Assembly: GCA_051599415.1 (NCBI GenBank)
Contig: AP039708.1
Location: 1-64,000, forward strand
Direction: 5' to 3'
DNA length: 64,000 bases
Source: Savitreella phatthalungensis
Lineage: Eukaryota
Part shown: piece after piece, positions 39,809 through 50,369 of the stretch
How the letters are laid out: the number at the start of each line of letters is the position of its first letter
Position numbering within the stretch: position 1 is the first letter of the stretch
Notes under the pieces: model-generated
What the model saw: the letters and a program-made list of their open reading frames with translations, nothing else
What the model was told of the DNA's origin: nothing
Database searches by the model: none
Translations under genes and position numbers: made by a program

Positions 39809-40822
39809 ATGTCCACTATACAAGTCCCGCTCGAGCTTTGGCAGCAGATTGCAGTGCATCTTGAGCATCAGGCAGACATCTTTGCCCTGTCAAGAGCTAA
39901 CAAACTCATCTGGCAGGCCTGCTCGTGCCAGCTCTATGAAAAAATCTTAATACGATCCACGCAGGGTCTTGCTTCCTTTATTGCTTCCCAAGCACGCAAA
40001 AGCGCTCTTTCGCTGTGTGGCCGACCGCTCCCGCGAGAGCTTCGTTTACATTTTCCGCCACGGACGACGGATACGGACCAGATGGAGCGACGACGCCAGA
40101 CAGGCATCTCGATCGAATATAACTCATCTCTCGCTGATCTCCATCCATCAATATTCTGGCCAGCCGGGGTATTTTCGGGTCAGGATATGCTTCGGACCCT
40201 TGCAAACAATAATCCACCATTGATCAGTCTGTCTGTGCTGGGTATTGCGTACCACCCCGACACTTCCCTCTTTCCTTCACTTGAAGAATTTGCACGCGTT
40301 ATGCGGAAGAATTGCATCTTGGCAAATATGATGATAGACTCCTCCATTAAGATCAACTACAGCATGAGACGACTCTGCGGTTCATGTCGCTTTGATAGCA
40401 GTGTCTTTGATCTGCTGCAACGTTGTCCGAATCTCGAACATCTCGTGATTGTTCGACCGGACTTCATCGATGAGGATCTGATTGCACGAGACTCTGCATT
40501 CAGCGAGCTGCTTGCCGCAATCAAATGTAAGCCGCGCATAACAATCATCTTGGGATCTGTGGCAAAGACCATAAATGATCCGCATTTCAGATTGACAGCG
40601 CGCCGAGAGGCTCAACTCGACCATCTTGCCCGCCATCCGCTGTTGCGCGAGTTTCCATTTCATCGCTTGACCGTACCATTGCAGGTCTCGACGTCACGTA
40701 TCGAGTACGCCTTTGACACATTTTTGCATTCGCATCTGCGCGATGGTAGTCTGTGGAGCTATTGCGAGCATTACGGCTTTCGCTGTGGCCAACTTACCGG
40801 GCTCGAAATGGTGCCGTATTAA
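39809..40822 (+). CDS. F-box-like protein
   Basis: 337 aa; N-terminal VPLELWQQIAVHL..IFALSRANK..LY; RCPNLEHL LRR-like motif. Confidence 0.7.
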   Translation: MSTIQVPLELWQQIAVHLEHQADIFALSRANKLIWQACSCQLYEKILIRSTQGLASFIASQARKSALSLCGRPLPRELRLHFPPRTTDTDQMERRRQTGISIEYNSSLADLHPSIFWPAGVFSGQDMLRTLANNNPPLISLSVLGIAYHPDTSLFPSLEEFARVMRKNCILANMMIDSSIKINYSMRRLCGSCRFDSSVFDLLQRCPNLEHLVIVRPDFIDEDLIARDSAFSELLAAIKCKPRITIILGSVAKTINDPHFRLTARREAQLDHLARHPLLREFPFHRLTVPLQVSTSRIEYAFDTFLHSHLRDGSLWSYCEHYGFRCGQLTGLEMVPY

Positions 40823-40843
40823 CAGCAATCAGAGCTACGCCTC

Positions 40844-41386
40844 TTAGACATCCCAATCACACGCATCTGCAAGCAAACGGGCGAGCTTTTCGATTGCATC
40901 CTTATCTCCTTCGTCGAATCCTTCTTTATCTGCGCAGTCGATGTCCACTACGCCGACTACTTTCCGGTCACTTGTCCGGATGATGGGCACAACGAGCTCG
41001 CTGTTGGTTTCCGAATCGCAAGCAATGTGGTCCGGATGCGCGTGGACGTCTTTGACCAAGGTCGATTTGGCCATGGACGCTGCTTGGCCGCATACACCCC
41101 GTCCAAGCTTGATTACTTGGCATGCGACCTTTCCGTGGAATGGTCCTAGGATAAGTTGCGTAGAGTCGCGATGATCGATCACGTAGAATCCAGCCCAATT
41201 GACAGCACCAGAGGGTCGGTCAAGCGACTTGAGTCCGTGCCACAGCAAACAAGCCGCGTTGGCTAAATTGCACACCCAATTGCGCTGACCTTCCAGCAAT
41301 GCTGTACATTCCTCGAGTATCTGTGCGTATACAGCATCCTTGTTGCCAAGGACCTGCGCAAAGTCCGACGCGTCTGCATGGACCAT
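40844..41386 (-). CDS. GAF-domain free methionine-(R)-sulfoxide reductase (fRMsr/MsrC)
   Basis: NWVCNLANAA, VNWAGFY, LGPFHGKVAC, GRGVCG, HIACDSETNSELVVP, GVVDID; likely ATG at 41386. Confidence 0.93.
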   Translation of the reverse strand: MVHADASDFAQVLGNKDAVYAQILEECTALLEGQRNWVCNLANAACLLWHGLKSLDRPSGAVNWAGFYVIDHRDSTQLILGPFHGKVACQVIKLGRGVCGQAASMAKSTLVKDVHAHPDHIACDSETNSELVVPIIRTSDRKVVGVVDIDCADKEGFDEGDKDAIEKLARLLADACDWDV

Positions 41387-41711
41387 GATGTGCTGTTCTC
41401 GTTGTCTTAATCTGTAGCGTGCACGCACCCGGATGGAAGAATTGCAAGGGGTCGTGCATTTCGGATCTGAATTACGCTGGAGCAGATGTCGGAAATGCCC
41501 GAAGACACCAATGGACTGCACGAGGCGCAAGTCCCAAGATTATCTGGATAATTGTCATGTGAATCTCCACTATAATATACATGCCTCCAAACCCCGTGCG
41601 AGGCTACACCGATCCTTTTGCATATCTTTTTGTCGTTAACAGATCCTTGGGATCGCTTCTTATGTCTATCCATGAGTCTGATGCAGAGGAGATCAGTCAA
41701 TCCGGACAGTG

Positions 41712-43172
41712 TCACGCCGAACAGATCCCACCTTCTGTCCAGTCATCAACCTCAGCACCATTGAGACCGATAAATAACCGCTCATCGCAATTCGAGAGGT
41801 CCGCATGACCGTAGTCGTTCGCCATCAGTACTTTTGCCCAGTTGGACACGGCCATCTGCCCGGTCTCGTCGCGCGTCTGCTTCAGGAAGGCCATCAGGTT
41901 TGTACCGCCAGTGCCTTTCAGTTGCGACCGGCTCTCTGAGATTACGCTCGCCAAGCCTTTTGGAGTCGAGGTGCCACTGGTCGCAGATATCCCTGTGCCC
42001 GGTCTCGAGTCTGCGGAAGCTTGACGGCGTGCGTTACTGGCCGGAATCAGGATAAATCGAGATACGATCGCAAGATGTTTATCTCTGAAGGCCTTAAGCA
42101 TTGCGAGACAGGCGTCGTATGCCTCAGATAGAATGGCATCGTCCTTGTGCTCAAGACAGAATTCGCGAATGTTCGCCACTTGTTCCAGGTGCTCGAGAAA
42201 TCTTCGGTGATTCGCCGGCATGTAGTTACGCATATCAATCATAAAGTCATTGCGCGGTGATATGGCTTGAATGGTCTGAAGCTTGCCGTCGCCAGTTTGA
42301 TGGTGTTCGACGCCGAGCGCAACATCAAGCATGTGGATCAGCGCGCTCTGTGCATTGCTACCGCCACTGTAGTTTCTGAAGGCTCCATCTGCATGATCTT
42401 CACAGCCTTCGTACCTCAGCCCTTGAGGCAACCCTGCCTCAGCCATATTGCGCCACCCTGCCAGGAAGGGTCGCACTTTATTATAGAAGATGTGCGGATC
42501 ACATTTGTCGTGCATGCGTGTCAGTGCTACAGCCATGTCGTCGATGTGAATAGCTAGCGCGCGCAAACCATACGTGACCTCTTTGATGGAATTCGCACGC
42601 ACGCTGCGCATGGCCGAAAGGATTATGGGCAAGGTCGGCGCACCTCGTGATTCCATAGCCGTGCTGACGAGGTAAAACCACGACTCGTCAAGCGAGCCAG
42701 TAAAAGTGTACAAGGTCATCAGGTTAGTGAGGCTCAGTGGCTCTTCGGCAAATATCGGTCGGAAGTTCCACAGACACACTGACGCATGAGAACAGACAGG
42801 CCGGACCTCTAGCGCAGCGGCTACCCTGTCCCAAGGTACGGCAATTGAGGCTGGCAAGACTTCTGCAGCAAACTTTCCGCCCCAGACGTAGCCATGAGCG
42901 ATGAAGGAGAGGAGCAAAAAAGCACGCCTGCGCTCAGCGTCGTTGCGCAAATGATCGGCCGATAGCACCGGCATGTCGTCAACCACCTCCTTAAGTCTGT
43001 CAGCTAGCAAAAGAGCATTAAAAGACTCCATGATTGTCTCCCATGGCCGGTAGTATTTCTGTGGCAGTCTCAGAAGTGGGGGCTCCTCAGGGAGGAAGCC
43101 GGTCTCCGCACTCAGGCCGTAGTCCTCTAGCTTGGGAATGGCATGGATGATAGGCATGACGATGCTCGGCAT
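41712..43172 (-). CDS. BNA2: Indoleamine 2,3-dioxygenase
   Basis: GFLP..PL.RLP, FTGSLDESWFYLVS, YSGGSNAQS, MRNYMP..HRRFL, FRDKH, GTGGT. Confidence 0.95.
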   Translation of the reverse strand: MPSIVMPIIHAIPKLEDYGLSAETGFLPEEPPLLRLPQKYYRPWETIMESFNALLLADRLKEVVDDMPVLSADHLRNDAERRRAFLLLSFIAHGYVWGGKFAAEVLPASIAVPWDRVAAALEVRPVCSHASVCLWNFRPIFAEEPLSLTNLMTLYTFTGSLDESWFYLVSTAMESRGAPTLPIILSAMRSVRANSIKEVTYGLRALAIHIDDMAVALTRMHDKCDPHIFYNKVRPFLAGWRNMAEAGLPQGLRYEGCEDHADGAFRNYSGGSNAQSALIHMLDVALGVEHHQTGDGKLQTIQAISPRNDFMIDMRNYMPANHRRFLEHLEQVANIREFCLEHKDDAILSEAYDACLAMLKAFRDKHLAIVSRFILIPASNARRQASADSRPGTGISATSGTSTPKGLASVISESRSQLKGTGGTNLMAFLKQTRDETGQMAVSNWAKVLMANDYGHADLSNCDERLFIGLNGAEVDDWTEGGICSA

Positions 43173-44400
43173 GGCAGGAAGCGACTGTCCGTTGACCTGA
43201 ATACCGGCGCGAATTCGCCGCGCCGCCCGCTCTCTATACGAGTTGAGCTCGATGCAACGGGCTTGCAGTCAGTGATGCGAGACGAAGCGTGCTTGAGTAT
43301 TATTGTTATAGCTTTATAATCCAAGCTTCTGAATGACCATGCTAGCTTGCTACCTAGACATTGTCAAATAAGGATTGTGCTTGGCTGAGGGACGGGTCAT
43401 GCCCGCCTGCTGAACTGGACAAGCGCCAGCTAGATTTCTTGGCTGTAACACCCTTCGAATCGAAGTCGAATCTAACTCCGTTACTCACCCTCTCTCCGTC
43501 TTTCTCTGTCTCTGTAATGCCTGTAATGACCTTATGTCCCTCGGGATTCGATTTCAGGCGAGTCAGCTAGCTCTGAATTTTCTCTCTATCGACAACACCG
43601 GGCGCTTCCACACCGGCTGACAGATCCCAACGTGAAATTTCAGTTCCCCCGTCACGCAACTTCTCATCTGATTTGTTCCATCATCAATCAATTTCAATTT
43701 TTTCAATTCGTTTTCAAGCGTTGATAATCAGATTTCCGTGATTTCACTCATAAGGCGCGGAAGATTATAACTTGAAGAAGGCGAGGGTGAAATTCAGTGG
43801 AAAATCAAGAGAATGACGCACGAATGATTAAAGTAATTGAGTCACGCGCACAAATTCAAGCTTGCACATATGACTGCCAGCGCAAGACCACGGGGATACC
43901 AATGATAGATACTGACTGCAGCTAAAACCTCCAGCGGTCATAACATATGCCACAAGAAAAGGGGATCTTTTCAGGGTATTGCGCTCCTAAGCGGCCAAAG
44001 AATGAAGTTCACTGACCAGACTTTCAAACAACTACTCTGAGTGCAGATCTATCTAATCTGGATCCAGTGACGAACCTTAGTTCAGATGAGAATATCGGAA
44101 GTAATCGAATTTGCCCCCGGAGGATAGCAAATACACTGGACATGATCGGAAATGAGCTGGAATATTGGCGTGTCGATAATCACAAGCTGCGGCATGGATA
44201 GACTGCATCTTTGTTCTGTAGTTGCAACCAGATCACTTCGCATGTGCACGATGTGTCCAGCGTGCTGACCAAGTTCCATGAAGTATAGAATGTATGCAGG
44301 ATGCCATCAATCGACTTGAATTAGCTAACAGATCAATATGCGCTTGGCTTGGAGAGAATGAGCCTTCTCGTGGAAGCCTGCGAAGCATGAATGCTTTCTA

Positions 44401-47400
44401 ATGGACTACGAGGAGGTCCAGCATAATGAAATCGCTGCTCTACAAAGTATCTTCGCCCATGAGTTCCGTATTCTTGCATCCTCTACCGTGGCTTGGTCGA
44501 AGCGTCCGGACCCGGTCTTCGAGATCGACATCTCGAGTTCCGATGATGGAGCTGCGGCGGCTCGGAACGCCCCGAGAGTCACCTTACACGTCAAGTTGCC
44601 GAAGACATATCCAAAGTCGGCGCCCGAGCTGGACATTCACGGTGCGAAGAATGTGACAAGTGACCGAGTGGCCATATTGCTTGCCCTTGCTCGTAGCCAG
44701 TGTCGCTTACAGCTCGGCTCAGAGATGCTGTATGATGTAGTTATGGCTGTCAAAGACGAGCTTACCAATATTGCTCGAAGAATCGAGGTTCCAAGTTTGG
44801 AGCAAGAGCGCGCACAACGGCTCGCGCAACAGCAGGCTCTCAAAGAGGCCGCAGATGCGGAACGAGCTCTGCGTCATTTGCAGGAGGACAAAGCTCGGCA
44901 AGAAAAAATTGAGTTGGAAAGACAAGATGCTCGTCCGCAGAGCTCACGTCCGGCTGGACCGGTCAAGGTACAACCATTTGAGGATGGCAGGGAGTTGATC
45001 TCATTCGCAATACCTGGTGTAATCGATGGGAAAATTGCTTTCGATTCCGTTGCACTAGGTCCGAAATTGAGCAGTATTGACAGACCAGGCGGGACGGCTG
45101 TGCTGCTGACTGAGTTGCCTCAGGTTGGCTCGCTTGTCGTGAAATTGACGGATCTTCCGACGAACGCATCTCCCAGCAGCCGCCACACTCTAGAAGGACT
45201 GCTTCGAAGTAGTATCGCAGCAGATAGGAATCGCCGCGAAACCCACATCGTAAGCTTCGCTTACACCTTGCGATCTGTTGATTCTCTCGGCTGGCAATTG
45301 GTTGTCGTGCAGGAATTTTGTCCGGGAGGGTCACTGGCAGATGTTATCAGCAGCGTTGGGAGTTTCAGCTTGGATACGGCGCGAGCGAACTTTAGGGACG
45401 TGTGTCACGCCCTCTTGCCCGAGCATCGGCGAGGTGTGGCGCATGGGGCTATCCGACCTAACAAGCTTCTATACAAGCAGGTCGGCAATCGTCGACGACT
45501 TCACCTTGCAGATGGTCAATCGGCAGCTTTCGTCGATCATTTGTGGTCACGGGCGCCCGTAGCGAGCGTTTCGCAGGACATCACAGCTCTTGGCACGCTG
45601 CTTGTTACGATGCTTACAGGATCGGCCGACACCGATCTCGAGGCACTACGCTCACGTCTCCCTGTCGAGGTACATCGCTTAGTCAGTAGCTGCTGGTCAG
45701 ATCGACGGCCATCTGTCGCTGATTTGCTCGCCACCGACTTCATGCGTGCATCCGATGCTGGCACGGCTATTCCGAATCCGATACAACCTCGAATAACGCT
45801 ACAACGCTTTTCGTCCTCAGCGACCGATGCCGTTCGTTCGGGTCGCTACCTGGCCGATTTTGAGGAAGTCTCCAAACTCGGTCAAGGCGGATTTGGCGTT
45901 GTTGTGAAGGCACGGAATCGTTTGGACGGCCGAGCGTATGCTGTGAAGAAGATTCGCCGATTTCGAGAAGAGAAAGTCTTGCGAGAAGTGTCTGGCCTTG
46001 CACGTCTCGACTCGCCACACATCGTTCGCTATTTTTCCGCTTGGATTGAGGACGACGATCATCCGCAGAGTGCGCGAAGTATCGAAGCTTTCGAGGTTCA
46101 AGACACAGACACCGACACCGACGCCGAGTCGTATCCACGACTTGAGTACGATGACGATGAGGATTCCGACATCGTATTCGGCGACGATCTTTCCGAATCG
46201 CATCACGACTTCATGAGCACATCCGCAATCATCCCCAAAGAGACTGCTACTGCCAGTCGAAGGCAGGGCCGTCAGACAAGCCGCATCCCTTCCAACATCG
46301 ACAGATGCACTGCAGACGGTTCGCGTCCTTCCGATACCCGACTCAGAACATTATACATCCAGATGGAGCTGTGCGACTCACTGACGCTGAAGTCATGGCT
46401 CGAATTGACCGATAATCGCTCGCCAGCTAAGTACTGGCCAATTTTCTATCAGATTGTATCTGGAGTACGTTACTTACATGGCCAGCATCTCATTCATCGT
46501 GACCTGAAGCCAGCCAACATCTTCATTGACACAAATGGCGACGTCAAGTTAGGTGACTTTGGCCTGGCTGCTGACATGGGCGACTTTGTGGTAGTGCCGA
46601 CCGACGAAACCGAACATGAGCACCGTACAGCGCAGCTCAGCTCGGCTGTTGGCACTGCTCTGTACATGGCGCCAGAGCTTGTCAGTGGCAAGGGATCATA
46701 CGATGCCAAAGTGGACATGTACGCGCTTGGGGTCATCTTTGCGGAACTTGTGCATCCCTGGTCGACTGGTATGGAACGCGTCACAATACTGATGGAGGTT
46801 CGACGCCAGCAGCCTAGCTTCACGCGGCTCAGCGCGCTGCGCTTTGCAAAGGAGCTCGAGATCTTGCGCGTATTGCTTGACCACGATCCACGGGCGAGGC
46901 CGTCTGCAGAACAACTTCAGGCGCTCTTGCCGCCCATCATTGACGAGGAGCGTCTCTCAGAAGCTCTCAAGCTGTATTCTCGTGGCCAATCGCACACGAA
47001 AGATATCATTCGACGGCTGTTCACGCGCATCGAGCAAGACTCGGTAATTGAGCATGTCTATGAAGCAGCTGCAAACACCGCTACTACAGATCAGGCAGCT
47101 CAACGCACTCGATGGCGTATCGTTTCTGCGCTAGCTCGAGTCTTCGCTCGACATGGCGCGACACGTCGCGTTGAGCCCCTGGTGGTGCCTGCGAGTACAC
47201 TCTATGACGACCTGAACGCCGTGCGTGTAGTTGATAGTAGCGGCCACTTATTGCAGCTGTCGTACGATCTCCGACTCTCTTGGTGTCGAAGCGAGTCCTC
47301 GATCCCAGCGGATGCGATGCCTCGACGAAGCTTCGCTATCGGTACAGTCGCCCGTGGTACTCCCGACGGCCTACAGCCTCGCTATTTGCTGGAAGCCGAC

Positions 47401-48378
47401 TTCGATATGAGCTTTGCAAATAGCCCAGAATCTGTCGATCGGAGCGGCGAGCTCTTACGTGTGCTTCAGGAGATTGATGACGAAGTATCTTCGCTCGACA
47501 AGGTCCAGCCTGTCATCGCACTCGGCCACGTCGGTGTTACACGAACACTGCTTGCGTGCTGCGGCATAGACGACAGGTTGTACAGGTCGATAGCACCTTT
47601 GCTGGGTTCATGGCAAGCCGCAAATCCTGCGTACCACGCCAGCGTCACCAAACGATTGATTGCAGCGGGTCTAAGCGAGACGCATGCTGCTGACAGTCTG
47701 ACAATCGCCGCGGCCACGGCAGAGCATTTTCATGATAAATTGGATGTCCAGTTGAAGGTTTTTGGCGAATTATGCCGTGGAAAGTGGTCCGTCGATGTTG
47801 ATGCACATCTTCGATTGCTGCAGGACTTCGCAACGGCATCAGCTGGCTACAATGTCCGACTGCCGCTGCGTTTCGCGCCTTTTACGTTGGACCTTTACAT
47901 GTATGACCTTATGGTCAAGCTAGACTACAGCCAAAATGGGCGGTGGGAGACCGTTGCGCTCGGCGGCTCATATACGTCAATGGTGAAGCGCTGTGCTGCG
48001 CCTGGTGCACAAGTCTCGAGCGCTCGGCAGTACTGGGGTGTAAGCATGGCAGTGGATAAGCTGATGCAGGTCGCGAGACCGCTCGGCGCATCGACGAGAG
48101 GCGCGTTGGACGTGCTCGTGTTCGCGCCGCACGCCACAGCTCCTCCAATAGACGTGCTCGAGCTTCTATGGGAAAGCAATATCGCTACTGACGCCATCGA
48201 CACTTTGCAGCCGGCGGAAGATGAGCGCCGCGGCGCCAGATACCTTGTCACCCCGCGCGATCGTCGACTCCCCGCGCAGCGACTCAAGGTTCGCAATCTC
48301 GAGACGCGAGCTGTTCATGAGATTCCACAAGCCGAGCTAGCATCCTGGATTTCCGGGGAACTCAACAGACGACTGTAA
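44401..48378 (+). CDS. GCN2: eIF2-alpha kinase Gcn2 (RWD, pseudokinase, kinase, degenerate HisRS-like domain)
   Basis: Q.NEIAALQSIF..YP...P (RWD); RYLADFEE..LGQGGFG, HIVRYFSAWIE, LYIQMELC, HRDLKPANIF, DFGLA, VGTALYMAPE; EADFDM. Confidence 0.9.
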   Translation: MDYEEVQHNEIAALQSIFAHEFRILASSTVAWSKRPDPVFEIDISSSDDGAAAARNAPRVTLHVKLPKTYPKSAPELDIHGAKNVTSDRVAILLALARSQCRLQLGSEMLYDVVMAVKDELTNIARRIEVPSLEQERAQRLAQQQALKEAADAERALRHLQEDKARQEKIELERQDARPQSSRPAGPVKVQPFEDGRELISFAIPGVIDGKIAFDSVALGPKLSSIDRPGGTAVLLTELPQVGSLVVKLTDLPTNASPSSRHTLEGLLRSSIAADRNRRETHIVSFAYTLRSVDSLGWQLVVVQEFCPGGSLADVISSVGSFSLDTARANFRDVCHALLPEHRRGVAHGAIRPNKLLYKQVGNRRRLHLADGQSAAFVDHLWSRAPVASVSQDITALGTLLVTMLTGSADTDLEALRSRLPVEVHRLVSSCWSDRRPSVADLLATDFMRASDAGTAIPNPIQPRITLQRFSSSATDAVRSGRYLADFEEVSKLGQGGFGVVVKARNRLDGRAYAVKKIRRFREEKVLREVSGLARLDSPHIVRYFSAWIEDDDHPQSARSIEAFEVQDTDTDTDAESYPRLEYDDDEDSDIVFGDDLSESHHDFMSTSAIIPKETATASRRQGRQTSRIPSNIDRCTADGSRPSDTRLRTLYIQMELCDSLTLKSWLELTDNRSPAKYWPIFYQIVSGVRYLHGQHLIHRDLKPANIFIDTNGDVKLGDFGLAADMGDFVVVPTDETEHEHRTAQLSSAVGTALYMAPELVSGKGSYDAKVDMYALGVIFAELVHPWSTGMERVTILMEVRRQQPSFTRLSALRFAKELEILRVLLDHDPRARPSAEQLQALLPPIIDEERLSEALKLYSRGQSHTKDIIRRLFTRIEQDSVIEHVYEAAANTATTDQAAQRTRWRIVSALARVFARHGATRRVEPLVVPASTLYDDLNAVRVVDSSGHLLQLSYDLRLSWCRSESSIPADAMPRRSFAIGTVARGTPDGLQPRYLLEADFDMSFANSPESVDRSGELLRVLQEIDDEVSSLDKVQPVIALGHVGVTRTLLACCGIDDRLYRSIAPLLGSWQAANPAYHASVTKRLIAAGLSETHAADSLTIAAATAEHFHDKLDVQLKVFGELCRGKWSVDVDAHLRLLQDFATASAGYNVRLPLRFAPFTLDLYMYDLMVKLDYSQNGRWETVALGGSYTSMVKRCAAPGAQVSSARQYWGVSMAVDKLMQVARPLGASTRGALDVLVFAPHATAPPIDVLELLWESNIATDAIDTLQPAEDERRGARYLVTPRDRRLPAQRLKVRNLETRAVHEIPQAELASWISGELNRRL

Positions 48379-48515
48379 ATTGATGATTTGTGGTTTTGCA
48401 CGTGTTCGCGCTACCCCACTTCAAGTCCGTCATATCTTCTTGTAATGCAATTCTATTTTTAGGGAGTGACATCACGACGAGAAGCGGATAGATAAGACAT
48501 CTAAACTCGGGCAAG

Positions 48516-48849
48516 ATGTCGTCGGCCAAGGGACTAGTCAGTGTTGGGCTCGGCTTGAACGCCATTCTCACCGCATACGTCGCCTATACTGCCAATCAGC
48601 TCCGACAAGATCTCACAAAGCAGCAAGAGTCGCTCGACTTCGGCATGGACCGGATCGATGAGTGTCTTAATCGGATCGACCTTCGCAATAACGAGTGAGT
48701 GCCCTGATAGTCTCTGAGAGGATTGAGTGACACGGGAGCAAATACTGACACTGGGACTTTCGTCATACAGGACGACAGGGTACTTTGAGAAGGTGTCAAA
48801 GAAAGTGGAAGAGCTCGAGAAGGCAGAGAAGGCAGGCAAGAAGAAGTGA
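48516..48849 (+). CDS. Small (about 85 aa) predicted single-TM coiled-coil protein, 2 exons (48516-48694, 48771-48849)
   Basis: Donor GTGAGT at 48695, branch CTGAC, acceptor CAG ending 48770; spliced frame ends ..KVEELEKAEKAGKKK-stop. Confidence 0.62.
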
Positions 48850-48985
48850 ATACAAGACGATGGATGGGAGAGCGTGTAAACATGACAAGTAGCATGGGCT
48901 GAAGGAAAGAGAGAAAGAGGTCTTGTGGATCGTGAAAAATCGGTTATAATGTGAGTATGAAGGTGGGTTGACCGAGTCAGGAAAT

Positions 48986-49873
48986 CTACTCGTCCGCAGC
49001 CTTGATCTGCTGGATGCGCTCCTGGACACCAGCCTTGCGCTGCTCGAGAGACTTCTTGTGGCTCTTGTACTTGAGGGATTCTGCCTTCCAGTCCTTTGAC
49101 TTGTCTGATGGTGTGAAGGTCGGGTCCTCACGGATCTTCTTGTGAGCCTCGAGATACAGCTCCTCAAGTCCATCACTCTCGACACCGTCCTCGATCAGGC
49201 CAGCAAACTGCTTCTGGAAGCGCTCCTCGTCGTCGTCCTGGAGCATGTCCATGTACTCTGCAACGTGTCCGCCAAGGATGTAGCGGCGGAGGGTGTCGGC
49301 GTCGAGCTCCTCAGACTCGATGTCCCAGCCAGGGTAACGGTTGGCCGAGTGTGGGATGTAGAGACCGCCGTCAGAGGCACCCTTGAGGGCAGCGAAGACG
49401 CGCGATCCGGTGGTGGTCCGCTTGAGACCGACGTCGAGGACGACCTTGAATGGACGGGGTCCATCCTCGACAGCCTCTGTGACTATGAACTCACCGTCAG
49501 CCTCCTCAACACCCTCGTATGTCTCGTCCAGGCCGAGCTTCTTCAGTGCACGGCGGGCGACGAGCAGACCGACGGCGTAAGCTGCGGGCCAGTTGGTAAG
49601 GCCGCGCTTGATGCCGTACTTTGGCAGCTCATGGGCATGTGCGTGTGCGAAGACAACGTCGCCCTCGATTTTCGAGTAGACGATCTGGCATGTGATGTCC
49701 CTGCGGGAGAAGCGAACGACGAGACGGTATTTTGGTGCGCCGTACTTGTTCTTTGCCTGGGTGATGAGACGCTTGCGGGCGTAGTAGTCAGTCTTTCCCT
49801 CACGTCTTCTGCGGTACTTTGTCTGGTAACGCGAGAAGTAAGAGCTGTTCTTCACAACCTTGGAGAACGGCAT
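48986..49873 (-). CDS. RPL5: 60S ribosomal protein L5 (uL18)
   Basis: YFSRYQTKYRRRREGKTDYYARKRLI, KYRLVVRF, GASDGGLYIPHS; strong codon bias. Confidence 0.98.
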   Translation of the reverse strand: MPFSKVVKNSSYFSRYQTKYRRRREGKTDYYARKRLITQAKNKYGAPKYRLVVRFSRRDITCQIVYSKIEGDVVFAHAHAHELPKYGIKRGLTNWPAAYAVGLLVARRALKKLGLDETYEGVEEADGEFIVTEAVEDGPRPFKVVLDVGLKRTTTGSRVFAALKGASDGGLYIPHSANRYPGWDIESEELDADTLRRYILGGHVAEYMDMLQDDDEERFQKQFAGLIEDGVESDGLEELYLEAHKKIREDPTFTPSDKSKDWKAESLKYKSHKKSLEQRKAGVQERIQQIKAADE

Positions 49874-50136
49874 TGTTGTCGGTTTGTATACTCCAGCTCT
49901 AGAGGTTGGTTAAGAGTATACTTGTGGAGCACTCGCGGCACACTCTCCCTCACGCTCTCTCCTGGCTCTCTACCACGACCGTAACCGTAATCGTGACACG
50001 GGATTCTGGATTCGTGGTGTATCCAGGAAAGAGACAGATTCGAGGCATTGCATTGCTCGCACGGTTACGAGAAATGATCACTTTTTCCAAATTTCAAAAT
50101 TCGTCTGATCAGTCAAATCGTGGCGCGAATCCATCT

Positions 50137-50144
50137 CAGTCACA
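50137..50144. promoter_or_regulatory. Homol D box CAGTCACA upstream of RPL5
   Basis: Exact match to the fission-yeast ribosomal-protein promoter element, about 265 nt upstream of the ATG. Confidence 0.55.
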
Positions 50145-50369
50145 ATTCCTCGAGTACATCGCAGCCTCACGCGCGTATACTGTATACTCCGATTTGTGTA
50201 TCCACGTGTGCCCACTACATGACGTCTCCATTTAGAGCACGTGATCTTTGGCAGGTGTCCTGTCCCTTGCGGCGATATGAATCGTATACATTTCATCGTA
50301 TGTGAGGTGCTAAATATGCGTTCGATACATTCAGGCGTGCCTTTTCAGGATCGTGCCAGACGTCTTCTG

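Noticed and set aside
43838..43844. TGAGTCA (Gcn4/AP-1 site) between BNA2 and GCN2
   Set aside because: Single 7-mer; plausible but not distinguishable from chance.
49142..49984. Long antisense ORF over RPL5 (and similar antisense ORFs over DBP5, MCM2 and UPF1)
   Set aside because: Shadow ORFs caused by codon bias of the real genes on the opposite strand.
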